From: Octopus vulgaris
Taxonomy: Eukaryota
NCBI GenBank assembly: GCA_951406725.2
Contig: OX597820.1
Coordinates: 52,824,001-52,888,000, forward strand
Length of the DNA stretch: 64,000 nucleotides
Direction: 5' to 3'
Shown here: positions 12,420 to 26,749 of the stretch, piece by piece
How positions within the stretch are numbered: the first letter of the stretch is position 1
Layout: each line of letters starts with the position of its first letter
Translations under genes and position numbers: made by a program
Notes under the pieces: generated by a model
Database searches by the model: none
What the model saw: only the letters and a program-made list of their open reading frames with translations
Told to the model about the DNA's origin: nothing

Positions 12420-12737
12420 TTACGGAGATGTACTTGCATAGCGAGTGACTTGATCTGAGATCGTGTGCTGGGACGAAAACAATTGCAGCGTAGAAGGTGT
12501 TTATAAGCCATTTAAGAAACACACAAAACCGTTAGATTCACTTCAGCATTTAAATTTAAGTTGTCAAAATATTTTCGTCGCTTTGAGACCGCGACCTGTT
12601 CACTGACAAAGCTTCGTACTGCATCTCTCAAAGTGACGAAAATATTTTGACAAATTAAATTTAAATGTTGAAGTGAATCTAACGGTTTTGTGTGTTTCTT
12701 AAATGGCTTATAAACACCTTCCACGCTGCAATTGTTA
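12420..12737 (-). mobile_element. Fold-back PLE-derived insertion
   Basis: ~110-bp inverted arms (~12478-12588 and ~12627-12737) plus a ~60-nt unpaired tail at 12420-12477. Further copies at 26100-26280 and 57500-57585. Confidence 0.8.
12561..12609 (-). ncRNA. Type I hammerhead-like motif with swapped G3-C8 core
   Basis: ttgtca GTGAACA g gtcgc ggtctcaaa gcgac GAAA atat TT tgacaa. Perfect 6-bp stem I, 5-bp stem II, palindromic stem III. Confidence 0.7.
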
Positions 12738-15022
12738 ATTTACCATTATTTCTAATAAATCGTGCGATTACGTACAAGTTCTCTTTTTGACACAAAATGC
12801 AAGTGAGCAAATGTTTGTGAAGGAATATGTAACAAGTGTATGCAAACAACGTGTACAAATAGCGCTGTATGTATTTAATATATGATTGAAAAATAATCTC
12901 CTGCGTCGGCACGAGCGTGTATCTGAGTAAAATGCAAGTGTATGCGTGTGAAATTCGTACAACGAATTGCTGCATGCCTACACACGCTGTGTGGTCGCGT
13001 GTGTACCGATGCACAAGTTATTCTGGATATATAAGCATTGAAATGACAAACATGTGCTAATGTAAATATGTTTGTGAATATGCCAGTGTATTTGTCTATT
13101 TGGAATAAATAAACAGGAACAATAAATTCTGAATATATCTTTATAAAGGAAATATGTCTATTTTCATTTTATCTTAAACTTCCGCTTCTTATATGTTATA
13201 TTATATTATTGTATTATACAATATTATATTATATTATATTATATTATATTATATTTAGATCTTCAGTTTAAATGAAAATTTAAATGTGTGTGTGTGTGTA
13301 TCATTTTTGCGATTTGTTTTACCTGATTCTTGCTGTAAAATGATATATTGAAACAGAATGTGTTGTATCTATGGAGGGTCAGTATGCCAATAATAAACAC
13401 ACGCAGTGACTACCTTTCACTTCCATTTTTTGTTTTTGTTTTTGTAATGAAAGAAATTAAGTAGAACCAGTACGTATGCTTATTATGGGCATAATATAAC
13501 ACTACATGCATACATAGAAATATGTGTGAGCGCGTGTGTGCGTGAATGTGTGTACGTGCGCGTATATATGTGTGTATGATATTGATCTAGATGTTTTCAT
13601 TTAAATTGAAGATTTAAATATAGCTTTCCAATTAAAAAAAGATCTTTTACTTATTTTAGTGCCATAGTAATTTATCCATTCTTCAAATTTTGTCATTACT
13701 TTCAATGTATTTCATTAAGCTTTTCTTCCTGATAGCCGATAGGAAATACTACATTTATAGCAGTTCCTATGTTTCCCATTTTCATATCTGCCAGTAACAC
13801 ATTAGTTTTTCTGCTGTCTAGCCAACACAGCATCCTCATGGAACAGAACAATCAGGAAATAACAAACCAGTTGTTGTCACTCCATGATTATATCGAGGGA
13901 AAATTACGTGTATCATATAAGATACGACTTATGTGATAACCATGACTTATATGGCTTCCACTTCTAGCTGGTGGTTCGAACATATAGATACATGTCGATA
14001 TGCTTCTGGGCAAACGACTTCTTTCCAGGATATCCAATCTTCATTTGAGCATGCTAGCATATGCAAAATTTGAACGCAGAAGTGGAAAAGTGGTCTTTAA
14101 AATTTCCTTAAAACTCTGCAAGGCTATAACTCATATTACATTCAAAAATATATTTTACATCTCGGCAACAAGGACTTTAACCATTATTCCTCCATTTAAA
14201 CATCAACTCCCGTTTAGCTTTTCTATTGAATTATATTTACAGCGGTAACTTCATTCTGCAGATTCTCATTAGCTCCAGTTTTGGTTCACTCATGTTCCGG
14301 TATCCCTAACTAAGTTATTGTTTCTCTTGTGTTCAAATATTTCTCGGCGTTATTCAATTCTCATCTTTAAATGACATCCATTAAGACTTCGGCAAATACA
14401 GTGTTGTTATGAATTCAAGTCTTTAATTCACTCAACACTTAAATGGTTTTCATGTCGGTGAGGTATCAACTAAATCTACTCTTTGTCCTTCATCCCTTCT
14501 CTGATGTTATATTGTCAACACATCTTTCATCCGTCCGCATCTCGTAAACAATACTTTGAATGCGTCTTCACCCTATCCTACAATACGATTACCACCACAA
14601 CCATTCTCAGACAACTACAGCAAGCCAATTATCCCTATTATCACCATCAAGACTAATAGCAAATTTAAAATACATAAAAACACTGTTACTTTAAGTTGCC
14701 ATATTGAAGCCTTATGGAAAACCTTCACTACAACCAGCAACTTCAGTTTATCTAACACTACAATTGCCACCACAACACCCTTGGTAATTATCGCAATAAA
14801 CACGAAAAGCGGTAATTACGAAGCTAAACAGGGAAGCCACTTTGTCGTCACTTGAGTGGCAAGATGTAGTGGACGAATCTCCCTCAAATTACACCGCGTC
14901 GTCTTTAAAATGTATAGTCTAAGTGCTCAAGCAGTCTTAGATACAATATATTTGGAAATGACAGGATGGTTACTGTTGGAAGGACATTGGTAATAGATTT
15001 GGATCAAGTATTACTTGATAGT

Positions 15023-15340
15023 GGAGGCGCAATGGCACAGTTGTTAGGGCAGTGGACTCGCGGTCGGAGAATCGCAGTTTCGATTCCCAGACTGGGCGTT
15101 GTGTGTGTTTATTGAGCGAAAACACCTAAAGCCCCACGAGGCTCTGCCAAGAGGTAGTGGCGACCCCTGTTGTATTCTTTCGCTCCAACTTTCTCTCACT
15201 CTTTCTTCCTGTTTCTTAAGTAACGCTGCGATGGACTGGCGTCCCCTCCAGCTGTAGAGGGGGGACACATACACCACAGAAAACGGGAAACCGGGCCCAT
15301 AAGCCTGGCTAGGCTCGAAAAGGGCGCATAAATAAATAAA
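15023..15340 (+). mobile_element. tRNA-derived SINE family B (tail type 2, MetaSINE-like)
   Basis: Head as at 95-378; later ctgcgatggactggcgtccc..ccag and agaaaacgggaaaccgggccc, resembling the MetaSINE central domain; (AAAT)n tail. Confidence 0.85.
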
Positions 15341-16399
15341 AATAGATGTTACTTGATTGTAAATTGGAACAACAGCAACAACAACAATGGACATCTTCAA
15401 AAATAATAAAACAGTGCCCCAACCCAAAATCCCATTTGGAATTCAAATCGACCACCAACAACCTTGGCTTATTATATTAAAGTGTTAAAGAGAGATTCCT
15501 GTGATGTAAAACATGTGCCTTAATAAGCTTATCATCAAAACCATCCCGTTTTTAAAACCCAAACTAAAACGTGACCGTCCTTTTCTTAAAAAGATAGTGT
15601 GTAATTTGGGAAAAATTTGGTTGTTATAACCAGCATGCGCTGTGTATACGCAAAAGAACTCTTACCATAATTTCACATTTATAATATTTGCAAATGCAAG
15701 GTTCTGCTTTCGAAACCAATAAATACTTTATGTCTGAGCAGTTGCTTACTCCCTACAGAAGTCGACGACAATCCACTTTATATTGTTTCTCATGTATCTG
15801 GAAACTTGCTGCAACTTAACCATAGTCAATACTGCAGCTTCACTTGCAAATACGTATAAGAAAGATTTTTTAAAATAAACAAAAATAATGCCATTTGCTT
15901 GATTTGCAAAATATCTAACCTCAAAAAAAAAAAAAAAAAAAGAGCTAACTCCTTAACATACTACCCTTGGTTGGTTTAGCGAGTTTCTTTCTGTTCGAAG
16001 CATTCAGGCCAAATATTCCATTTCAGGATAACATCTTCCCTTATTTCCGCCACTCAGAAAAACCCTGATGATAAAAGTAAAGAATGATAACTTCTGCTCC
16101 TCCCTCTCTGCATAATCGTTAAAACTATTATCTGAACTAGTATGCTACAAACTACCACAACACGCCTTATACTCATAGATTATTCTATAATCACTGAATA
16201 TGTCTCACTAAACACGTTTCTCAGTCATTTCTCTTAGAAGTACCGTCAATCAACCTTATCGATTTTAATAGGCTGAGAGTACTTTCAAAGGTCATGGTCA
16301 CTGCGCCTATTAATATGATTAATTATAAAACAAAAAATGAAAAGAAAACCATTCTTTTTCATTGTTCTCAACTGGAGGAAGGGGTTGTGACCATGCTAA

Positions 16400-16680
16400 T
16401 GTGCACGCTTTCCCTGACCAGTGAGATCAATACATTAACGTTACTGATGAACAGTTGCATGTCAAAGAGTGCAGGAAAAACCATATACGGGGAGGATGTT
16501 CCAGAGGGACAATGTTCTAGTAAAACAAAACTTGGTGAAGTGCTTCGAGTAGGGCTTAATGAGTGTCCACTCTCTCATAAAAAGGTGACAAGAAATGGAT
16601 AGATGCCTGGGTCGGAAGTGTGTGCGTGTGGAGAGGTGACTCGAGACTGTCCAACTTCCAAGCAACCGAGGTCAGGTAAT
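16400..16680 (+). pseudogene. Decayed RTE-like LINE 3' end
   Basis: Mixed-frame reads DEQLHVKECR / EGQCSSKTKLGEVLRVGL..VTRN resemble the RTE C-terminus (VKKCR..VEG..RGRPRKTWxEV..DL..TxDR). Confidence 0.4.
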
Positions 16681-16869
16681 TAAAGCGAGAGCGAAAGAGA
16701 GAGAGGAATCATTTTGGTTGAATTGTATGCTGGTGTGCAAGACAAGACAGCTTATCGCACCTTAATGTGATCCTAGTTGTAATATATTAAAATAAATGAA
16801 GGGATGGTCACGACTGGAATGTTTTCGTCACAGATCTACTTAATCAATCTTAATTAACTAACAAACATT

Positions 16870-17017
16870 CCTGTGATCATCATTAACATCATCGTCGTGG
16901 TCGTCATGGTCGTCGTTATCGGTGCCATCATCACCACCACCAACAAATTCACTACTACGGTCACAATTATCATCACCTCCGTGACTACCACCATCGCTAT
17001 CACAGTATCATCAAGGT

Positions 17018-17056
<39 letters not shown>

Positions 17057-17630
17057 TAAGACTACAAACACCATCACTAACAGGACTTTTGCTACCATCA
17101 CTATTACTAGCACCAACTTCATCATCATTATCAGCGTCATCGTTACCACCATCATTATCACCACAAACATCATACACATCATCCTCATCATACTTCTCCT
17201 TCTCCTCCTTATCAAAATCAACACCATCACCACCACAAAAATCCCTCATTTCGTCTTCCTCCTTTTCTTCCGCATCGTCCTTACAAATGCTAACTCCCTC
17301 ATGACCAACTCATATCCATCATCAGTACAACCATAATCATCTCATCCTCACCATCACCGCCACTTGTGCCGCCACCACCACTACCGTCTTCCTTCTTGTC
17401 GTCATCGTCGTCGACATCAACATCATCACCATCACCAACATCATTTTCATTATCACCCCCAACCACCAACATCAGCAATATTATCAGAATTAACATGACC
17501 ATCATTAATACCATTTCCATTTTTCCCACAGTTGCCACCTCTACTAGTACTACTACCACCTACAGCATCAGAGCACCACCACTATCAGCACCACCAACAC
17601 GGTCATCTCTGCAACCAGCATCATCATCAT
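16870..17630. repeat. Degenerate (CAT/CAC/CGT)n trinucleotide low-complexity tract
   Basis: Directly visible; source of the poly-D/poly-S/poly-M ORFs. Confidence 0.9.
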
Positions 17631-18195
17631 AAACATTTAAATCACATTTTCTTGCAAATGCTCTGAGATGTTCATGACCGTTCTTGTTCTAAGTATGGCC
17701 ATTCATTGCTGTACTAGCAGCTGCTCAATAGAATATCAAGTACTCACCACAGCAATAATGTTTCTCTCTTCTAACCTGTCTTTACCTCACCACACCATTT
17801 AGCTTTTATTTCCCAATAGAATTCGGCAATTTCGCCACAACAACATTGGAGAAACACACAGCTGACCTGACAACATTAATTTCCTGAACGTATTCAGACT
17901 AAAACATATAGACACAGCAACACACGTGCAGCGGATAAAATAAAAATTAGAGAAAAAAATAAAACGGGTATCAGACATAGTCATTCATAACCGCAGAAAC
18001 AAATAGACATGTGTGTGTATGTGTATGTGTGTGTGCGTGCGTGTGTGTATGTATGTATGTATCTATCTATACATATATATATATATATATATATATATGT
18101 GCATATATGTATATGTGTGTATATATACACACACATACACACACATATATATATATAGACAAATTTATATATGCGTGTGTGTACGTATAAATACA

Positions 18196-18249
<54 letters not shown>

Positions 18250-18272
18250 CATATATATATATATACACATAC

Positions 18273-18303
<31 letters not shown>

Positions 18304-19194
18304 CATACACATACATATATATCTATATATCTATAGATAGACATATTATATATGCTTGTGTGTGTGCGTATACATACACTCATATATATATATATATATG
18401 TATATATGAGTGTGACTGAAATTAGAGTTTTTAAAAGGAGTATAACAGCTGACAACATTCACTGAAATCAATATTAACAGGGATATAAAAATATAGGACT
18501 CGATATATTGAAGAAATATGTTGACTTGAAACATCGAAATCGCAGTAATTTTGAATGTCTGTGTAATATAATATATGCATACGAACATATGCAGTCATAT
18601 ACAGGGTGTTACAAAAACGTGTTTACACACACTGAATGGTTATGAAGTCGAGGTTTGTAAGATTAAATTTCCTTTTCTAAATTTCATTGAGAGTGCAAAC
18701 AGAATTGAATTTTTAAGTAACGTGTTTACAAACTGATGAATGTTCTGGTCCTGGAACTGATGATAATGCAAAGCAATGGTATCGCAGACTTTATGAAGTT
18801 GTTTAATTAAATTACCAAATATGCTCTCAAATATCTCTCGTACACTGTGTGTGTTTGTCTGTGTGTGTGCGCGCGCGTTTCTGGGTGACATGATTTCGTT
18901 TAGCCATAGTGATACTAATAACCATTTGTTAGAACTACTTATGTTTTTGAGTAAATTGCTAGGCGAATACTGAAGGTAATGCTAATTAATGAATGTTAAA
19001 AGAATTCAGCTCTGAGAGCATTGCTTCTATCCGAAACAGCTGTAAGATAATGCAGGTCATTACGCGATCTCTGTTTAGTTTTTGTCCTTCCTTAATTGAA
19101 TGTCTGTGTGTGTGTGTGTTTGTGTTTGTATGTGTATGTGTGTGTATAAATATATGAATTTGGACAAATACATATAGATATGAAGTATATATAT

Positions 19195-20522
19195 ACTAGC
19201 AAATGCAGCCGTCCTCTGGACGGTTTAAGCTGCTTTGTTGGTATTTTTTTCACTAAATAATTGAACTACCTAGAAGGTTTATGAGTAGCACGGCAATCTA
19301 TATTTCCGATTAACCTAGGAACGGCAAATGGAATTGAAGGCTGGATACTGTGGATGTCGTTGCACTTTAATGATCATAGAACATATAAGATTGTAAGCGA
19401 TGCAAAGTAGAGCTAATGAAGTGTTTTGGGAGTAGATTACGGATAATAATTACAAAATATAGCTGTTTTACATGAAAGCGAAATTTTTTGTCAGAAACAG
19501 CCACATACATGGTGTAAGGAAATTGAAAGAAGACTTTGAGACTTCCTCTCTGCGAATTTATTTTATTCAACCTCAAAGAGAGCTATTTTTTTCGGTTAGG
19601 TAAGCTAACAAAAGCCCCTTTATTCTGTCTTCCCACATAGCCTCCGCACAAATTAACAGCGAATGCCATATAAAGTTAAATTGGCATGGAGCTTTCGTTA
19701 GTGGAAGCAAAACTCTTATTTAAAGGTTGATTTCTTTGGGACGAATCATATGTGATTGTTTAAAAAGGGCTTGAACGAAAATGCTAAAACGTATTTCAAA
19801 CAATGGACAACAGTTGAAATAGCAGAAACGTTAGCGCGCCGGGCGAAATGCTTAGCAGTATTTCGTCTGTCATTACGTTCTGAGTTCAAATTCCGCCGAG
19901 GTCAACTTTGCCTTTCATCCTTTCGGGGTCGATAAATTAAGTACCAGTTACGCACTGGGGTCGATGTAATCGACTTAATACCTATGTATGTCCTTGTTTG
20001 TCCCCTCTACGTTTAGCCCCTTGTGGGTAGTAAAGAAATAGGTATAATAAATGGGTAAATAAGCATCCTTAAAGTGAAACAACGGTATCAAAGGTAAACA
20101 AAGGTATCAACAAATATAAGAGAGGGAAGAGAACATTACCTTTAAAGTAACTCTGAATAGGTAAAGGTAGGCTTGCTAAAGTTTAAAACAGTTTAAATAT
20201 GAAGATTAAGATAATTCAGTATTGGATATTGATTGCGTAGTGTTCCTAGTCAATTTAATCAACGAGGCAATTGGATAGTCGAAATAAATAGACAAAATCC
20301 TTTCACTTTTATAAAATATTTAAAAAAGTATGGAAAACCCTACATACAAAAGCTATGTCAATTTAGGTCCATTTACGCGTGATCTCTGGGCAAAATGGTA
20401 TCGCGCATGACCATCGTTGGGACATAAGTAATGTGTGCGTAAAGTTTGGTGAAAATCGGTTGAGAATTGTGGAAATGTATGCATTAGTCATTATACACAC
20501 ACATACTGTGATATATATATAC
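19195..20522 (-). mobile_element. Non-autonomous Helitron-like element containing a nested SINE D (19820-20040)
   Basis: Minus-strand 3' end ccgtcc-aga-ggacgg hairpin, then ctgcatttg-CTAG|T. The 5' region has tatatatat..tgtgtgtg..ccgattttcaccaaactt, typical of such elements. 5' boundary approximate. Confidence 0.7.
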
Positions 20523-20523
20523 T

Positions 20524-20554
<31 letters not shown>

Positions 20555-21706
20555 AATATATATATATATATACACACACATATGTAGAGAGAGAGAGAGA
20601 GAGAGAGAGAGAAGAAAGAGGAAGAGAGAGATTTGTTCCTCGATTTACCTGTTTTCGCAATAAGATATATCCTCTAAATAATTGTGTATTGAGTTCTCCA
20701 TTCAAAATAAATTCTTGTCACATCTATTCTAGGCACATTTTGTTTATATATTTGCCATGGCCACTTTGTGGTACTTCTCTGAGTTCACTTATGTTTAATT
20801 TACAAATACAAACACACTCGTATGTGAGAATGTGTGTATCTAAACACGTGTGTGTGTGTGTGAGTCTGTTTCTTTGCATAAATATAAGCGGATTTGTTTT
20901 ATAGACAAAATGAAGAGAATAATTGTATGAACATGCTTAAACGAGGAGTATTTACTGACAGCCATACACATATAACAACAATCGTACACACACACACACA
21001 CATATATATATACACTAAAAAAATACTCGCCAGACAAATGAAATGAAATTAATTGGTTTGACTAATTACAAGGTCTGCATAGCTGAAACGTGAATGAATT
21101 ATAGGTATGTATGCGTATGCTGGTATATGTTTTCGTGTCTATCGTGGATATGCCCTATGTGTGTATGTGTATGCATGTGTGTGTCATGCGGTCTCGTATG
21201 TGTGTATCTGTGTGTGTGTGTCTCTGTGTATGTATAAATAAGCAGATGTGTAGCGATTTGGTTAGACGTGTTTTAAGTGTGCAAATAGAACTATTCTTAC
21301 GCATATATTTAATTACATATTTGCGAACAGAAAGACACACACACAAAAATATATGCTATATATTATAGGTTATATATGCACATAGACACACACAGGCGTA
21401 TTGTATTAGTCTTAAGTACTTATATATATATATATACCGTATATATACAGTGTGTGTGTACGTATACATATATACGTATATATGTATGTATATATGCATA
21501 CACTATGCACAAACGTATATACACATAGTTGTGCTTATGTTAGTGCATGTTGTGTATAACATGTATGTACATATTTACATATACGTAAAAAGAATTACTA
21601 ATCAAAGATTATCGAAGTTGCGCCGAACAAGCTAGAAGCAAGAGTATGACTTCCGTACTATTCAAAGTTATAGCACAATAGCATAGATTTCGTCCTTTGT
21701 TCGTTA

Positions 21707-22103
21707 ATTACCTCCGACAAGGAAGGAGGTTATGTTTTCATCGGCGTTGATTTGTCTGTCTGTCTCTCTGTCTGTCCATCTCTGTGCAAAATAACTTAAA
21801 CATTTTTGAACGGTATTTGATGAAACGTGCAGGAAAAGTTGGTAATGACACAAGGAGCAGATGACGAAATTTCGGTAGTAATCCGGGAATTTTTATGGAT
21901 TCTTGGAGGATTTTTCCTTTGTTATATTTACTATACATGAAGTATTAAAATGTTACGTTCTTTGATTATCTCCCTTGAAAACACGTTCATCGTTTCTAAG
22001 TAACTTATGGTAGCGTTATTGTTTCCAAAGTTTATTTTCGTTTCTCTATTAGTAATTTTATTTTCGTATCTATCTTAAAATGAGCTGCTTGGCGGAGGTA
22101 TGC
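21707..22103 (+). mobile_element. Helentron-associated non-autonomous element (DINE-1/HINE-like)
   Basis: Subterminal inverted repeats acctccgacaag / cttggcggaggt, ggaggttatgtttt, internal (GTCT)n. Confidence 0.8.
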
Positions 22104-22107
22104 GGAG

Positions 22108-22390
22108 GATGACGTAACAAGCCTTGACTATTGGGATCGACTCAAAAAGCTCAGGCTTTACTCCCGCCACCGCCGCTGTGAGTTCTATATCATCTGTATG
22201 ATGTGGAAAATATTCCATCAACATTGCCGAACTTTAAAATTTGGCCGAAGCTTGGCCTCCGAGCCATCCATCCACCACAGAAATGTTCGTGTCGTATCAC
22301 AACACTATGACAGAACTATTTCACCTCAATTGGCCCTGCTGTCTTCAACATCGTGCCAGACACACATAAAGGAGGAAAGAGACTTCACGG
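22108..22390 (+). pseudogene. CR1-like LINE ORF2 3' fragment
   Basis: LDYWDRLKKLRLYSRHRRCEFYIICMMWKI and TSIGPAVFNIVP match the CR1-type YWERLxxLxLYSLQRRRERY..WKI / GPxLFNxLP motifs. Confidence 0.75.
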
Positions 22391-22566
22391 CGTAACCGAC
22401 TGTTACTTTTCCGACCATGATGTTGTGTGTGTATCACTCAAGTTTTATAGGTAATTGTTGTTTCTTTTTAGTTGTATGGTGAAATTAGCTTGATGTTGTC
22501 ATTGATGTATTATAACTGCTTCAGATGATTCCTGTGTTTAAAGGTTTTTGTTTTTAAATCATATAC

Positions 22567-22958
22567 TCTTTTACTTGTTTCAGTCATTTGACTGCGGCCA
22601 TGCTGGAGCACCGCCTTTAGTCGAGCAAATCGACCCCGGAACTTATTCTTTGTAAGCCCAGTACTTTTTCTATCAGTCTCTTTTGCCGAACCGCTAAGTG
22701 ACGGGGACGTAAACACACCAGCATCGGTTGTCAGGCAATGCTAGGGGGACAAACACAAACACACACACACATACATATATATATATACATATATACGACA
22801 GGCTTCTTTCAGTTTCCGTCTATCAAATCCACTCACAAGGCATTGGTCGGCCCGGGGCTATAGCAGAAGACACTTGCCCAAGATGCCATGCAGTGGGACT
22901 GAACCCGGAACCATGTGGTTGGTTAGCAAGCTACATACCACACAGCCACTCCTGCGCC
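22567..22958 (-). mobile_element. SINE family C, full length
   Basis: Near-identical reverse copy of 62624-63035. Confidence 0.9.
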
Positions 22959-22974
22959 TATATGGCTGTGTTAT

Positions 22975-23110
22975 TTTTTAACCTCGCCAAGGAGGTTATG
23001 TTTTTGCCGGCGTTGGTTTGGGAAATTGGGCGATTTTCAGCATGCGTGTATATGGGCGGAAATGAGTTGCTTGGTGGCGGTCTGCGCCCTCCGAGGGCTT
23101 TTCTAGTTAT
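22975..23110 (+). mobile_element. Short HINE-like element
   Basis: acctcgccaaggaggttatgtttt ... cttggtggcggt, followed by the gccctccgagggc stem-loop and ttttctagtt. Confidence 0.75.
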
Positions 23111-23384
23111 TTCTTAATTTCTTAAAATGGCAAGTTGTAACAAAAACATTCTCGTTTACATTCTACATGATAGGATTTTTGGTTTCATCTTTCTTCAGCC
23201 CTTGACATTCAAGTATTTGCTGACGGTAATAGTATTAGAGACGGTGGAGGTAGGCTTTCAAATTCTGAGGAAGTCACAGGAGCGCCGTCGTTACGTACGA
23301 AGTGTCTTGGAGAAATTGAACCTAGTAACACCGATCACTCTGAAGGACCGATTTCTTCTAGAAAGAGAACGCCAATATATTGGC

Positions 23385-23822
23385 AGAAGAGGAAGGGAAG
23401 GAATAGGCGGAGAAAGGAGAGGAAACAGAAGAGGAAGAAGAGAAAGCGGAGAAAGGGGAGGAAGAGGAGAAAGAAGTGGGGGAAAAGAAAGAAGAGGAGT
23501 AAAAAGAGAATAAAGAATAGGAAGAAGAATAGAAAGAAGAGGATGGAGAGACACAAGAGAAGAAACAAAAAGAGAAAGAAGAGAAAGAAGAGGAGGAGGA
23601 AGAGGAAACAGAAGAGGAGAAAGAAGAGGAGAAAGGAGACGAGAAAAAGAGGAGAAAGAAGTGGAGAAGTAAGAGGAGGAAGAAGAGCAGAGAAGGAGGA
23701 GAAAGAAGAAGTGGAAGAAGAGAAGAAAGGAGAGGAGAAAATAGAGGTGAAAAGGAGACAGAAGAGGAAAAAAGAGGAGAAAATGTAGAGGAGGAAGAGG
23801 AGAAAGAAAAGGAGAAAGAAGA
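23385..23822. repeat. Purine-rich (AAG/AGG) low-complexity tract
   Basis: Directly visible. Confidence 0.9.
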
Positions 23823-24330
23823 ATACTGATTTCAGTATTGAACTGATACTTTTAATTAACGATAACGGAAGGCCAAAAGCCAAGATTGATCTTGTTGCAA
23901 AATTTAAACAAACGACAGGGAGCTGAAAATAATACTTTAAGACTTTCGATTGGACGCTATTATGACTTTGCCGTATGCAAACTCACATACGAGTAAAAGC
24001 TCACACTCAAATACGTGTAAAAGCACACTCACATATTTGAACTAAACGAAGAAATGAAATTCACTACACTAGTATGTATAACCGCAAGAGGGCATCTCCT
24101 CTAGCTGGTTAACGATGCAGAGCTGCATCCGATAAAGTGCGAGCAGAGGAGCGAGCCCATTTGTTTTTATTTATTTCTAATCAGTAGCAATGTACGAAAG
24201 TGCTTCAGGACCGAGTGATTTGTTTGTCATGCCACTTATAATGCTGATAAGTGCCGTGAACGAAACTCTCAGCACTTGATCCACGTTTACAACTTTCTGC
24301 TGACTAAAAATAATAGAACGTACACACACA

Positions 24331-24396
<66 letters not shown>

Positions 24397-25048
24397 ATAA
24401 ATATGTATAATTGTGTGTGCATATATGTAGTCCATGTATATATTAATGTATATGTTACGAATGTGTCTTCAAAACACGTATATTGTCTGTTGTCAACGAG
24501 GTTCCCTGTAATTTGTGAACAATCACCTCCACCATACTTTTCTTAAGAAATTTAATCTCTTACATGAAATGAAATAGTCTAAAAATAAATATTGTCGAAT
24601 TTTAAATTATACCTGAATCTCACTTCTACTCTGCTGACTATGAGCAGTTAATTGGCACCAAACACAATTCTACAGAGTTTTGTTCAGATTTAACGTCATG
24701 ATTATTTCAATTACGGAAAGTCCTTCAGAATAATTAAACTCCTTATTCTGACATTATTAGAAAGCTAAAATAATCCAAATGATTTAGTATGAACAATGCA
24801 AGCAGCTTACACCTGGATGATATGTTAACGTCAGTAGCTGACACCTTAATTTTAGTGAGATTTAATATTAATAACAGATTGTTAATAGATCTCGCGTATG
24901 TCTCGATATTAAGAACGAATATTCCATTTCAAAGTAACTACTTAATCACTCTGTATTATGTACACACACAACACACACACACACATACAAACACACACAC
25001 ATACAAACACACACACTCACATACACACAAAGCACACACGCACACATA

Positions 25049-25260
25049 TACTTCGGGGGTGCTGAAAAGTTCCTGGTTTGGGGGTAAAAGAAAATTATGA
25101 CTTTATCCAACACATTCCTCTCTTAGATTTATACATTTACTGCAGCGCGCCTTCAGTTTTTCTAAGCCCTATAAAAGAACTCGAAATGTTTGGTCTCCAA
25201 CCAAGCCTTTCGCAATATCCTTCAAGACAGATAGGTGCTCCCTTAACGGAACTCTCAGAT
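25049..25260 (+). mobile_element. Mariner-like terminal fragment
   Basis: TA followed by c..gggggtgctgaaaagttcctgg, resembling a mariner terminal repeat; no partner end found. Confidence 0.45.
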
Positions 25261-25649
25261 ATATTTTGCATGCTTTTTCAATTACAAATGCAGTGCATTC
25301 AACATACACTTAAGCAATCTTCTTAATGTAACAGCACTGGTTTACCTCGAGTGCAACCGTTATTTTTACGGCATGTGGAGGCCATAATTGGGAGCAGGAG
25401 CCCAGTGGCTATAAAGTAAGGTTCTCTGTTCCCTACTGAAATATCTTAGAATCCAAACACCCACCTATCTACATATTTTGGACATCATACTAATATGCAC
25501 CGGGAATAATATATCATTACTCATGCGAATTCGCTAATCGAACATCCTGAGAATGCAATACCCGCTTGTTTATTAACTGCTTATTACCTATTTTATTAAC
25601 TGCTACGGCAGCACTTGAAATTGTTTTAGCATTTAACTATATGTTGTTT

Positions 25650-25770
25650 CCCTCAGTACATTTCTAAGTGTTACCTTCAATTCTTTCTGCAGTTTCGTGC
25701 TAACAGGGATCTTGTTTGCCCGTGACACTTTTGTATCGTCAGGATAAATGATGAGACTGTCTAACTCTAT
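25650..25770 (-). pseudogene. LINE (CR1-like) RT fragment
   Basis: IIYPDDTKVSRANK...KLQKEL resembles YADDTK...LQxDL. Confidence 0.5.
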
Positions 25771-26099
25771 GACTTTTAACACACTCATGCATATATAAGC
25801 CTGTACATATGTATATGTGTGTGTATACATATATGTATATATGTATGTATATGTGGGAATATAAATGTGTGCGTATTTGTGGTGGTGTGTATTGTTCTCA
25901 TTTGGTAAGAATAAAGTTTCTAAAACGAATCGATGAATTCGAATGATTCCTTTGGGTCAATAGTCCAGTGGTAGAATGACTGTCATTTTAGAGGAGCTAG
26001 CGTTTCACACTATCTATACTCTGTGCTTTTAACCCATAACATAGAATTTAAGCTCTATTTGCTCGAGATTCACCTTCTTAAAACCATATATATAAGAGG

Positions 26100-26280
26100 T
26101 GCAGCACGGAAGAGATCGCGGTTTCAAAGCGACGAAAATATTTTGGTAACTTATATTTAACAGTTGAAGTGAATCTAACGTTTTTTGTGTGTTTTTAAAT
26201 GGCTTATAGACACCTTCCACGCTGCAATTGTTTTTGTTGATCACAGATCAATTCACTTGCTATGCAAGTGCAACTCCTAT
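26100..26280 (+). mobile_element. Truncated copy of the 12420-12737 family
   Basis: tcgcggtttcaaagcgacgaaaatatttt...gaagtgaatctaacg...caccttccacgctgcaattg...gctatgcaagt. Confidence 0.8.
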
Positions 26281-26338
<58 letters not shown>

Positions 26339-26472
26339 ATTATTATTATATATACATACACATATATAAACATTTATACATGTCTGTGTGTATATATGTA
26401 TATATGTATATATATGTATATATAAATATATATATGTATATATCTATGTATGTATATGTATATACATATGTT

Positions 26473-26578
<106 letters not shown>

Positions 26579-26749
26579 AGGATGAAAAGTAAGTAACACA
26601 CGACATGGAAAAAAAGTTAAAAGAAAAGTTGTTTTTTAAAATAATATTTGTATAGTGTTCAAATACAAGTGGCATTTTCCTTGTTTCTGCCTCTCTCTGT
26701 CTCTCTTGTTTACTCTTGTGGGTTCGAAGTCGTTGTGAATTCTTGGTGG

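Noticed and set aside
16854-17632. Acidic and Ser/Pro-rich ORFs
   Set aside because: Trinucleotide low-complexity DNA open in several frames, with no domain signal.
18965-19048. GAAA-cagctg-TA hammerhead 3' half
   Set aside because: The CUGANGA half and stem I could not be placed; at best a deleted relic.
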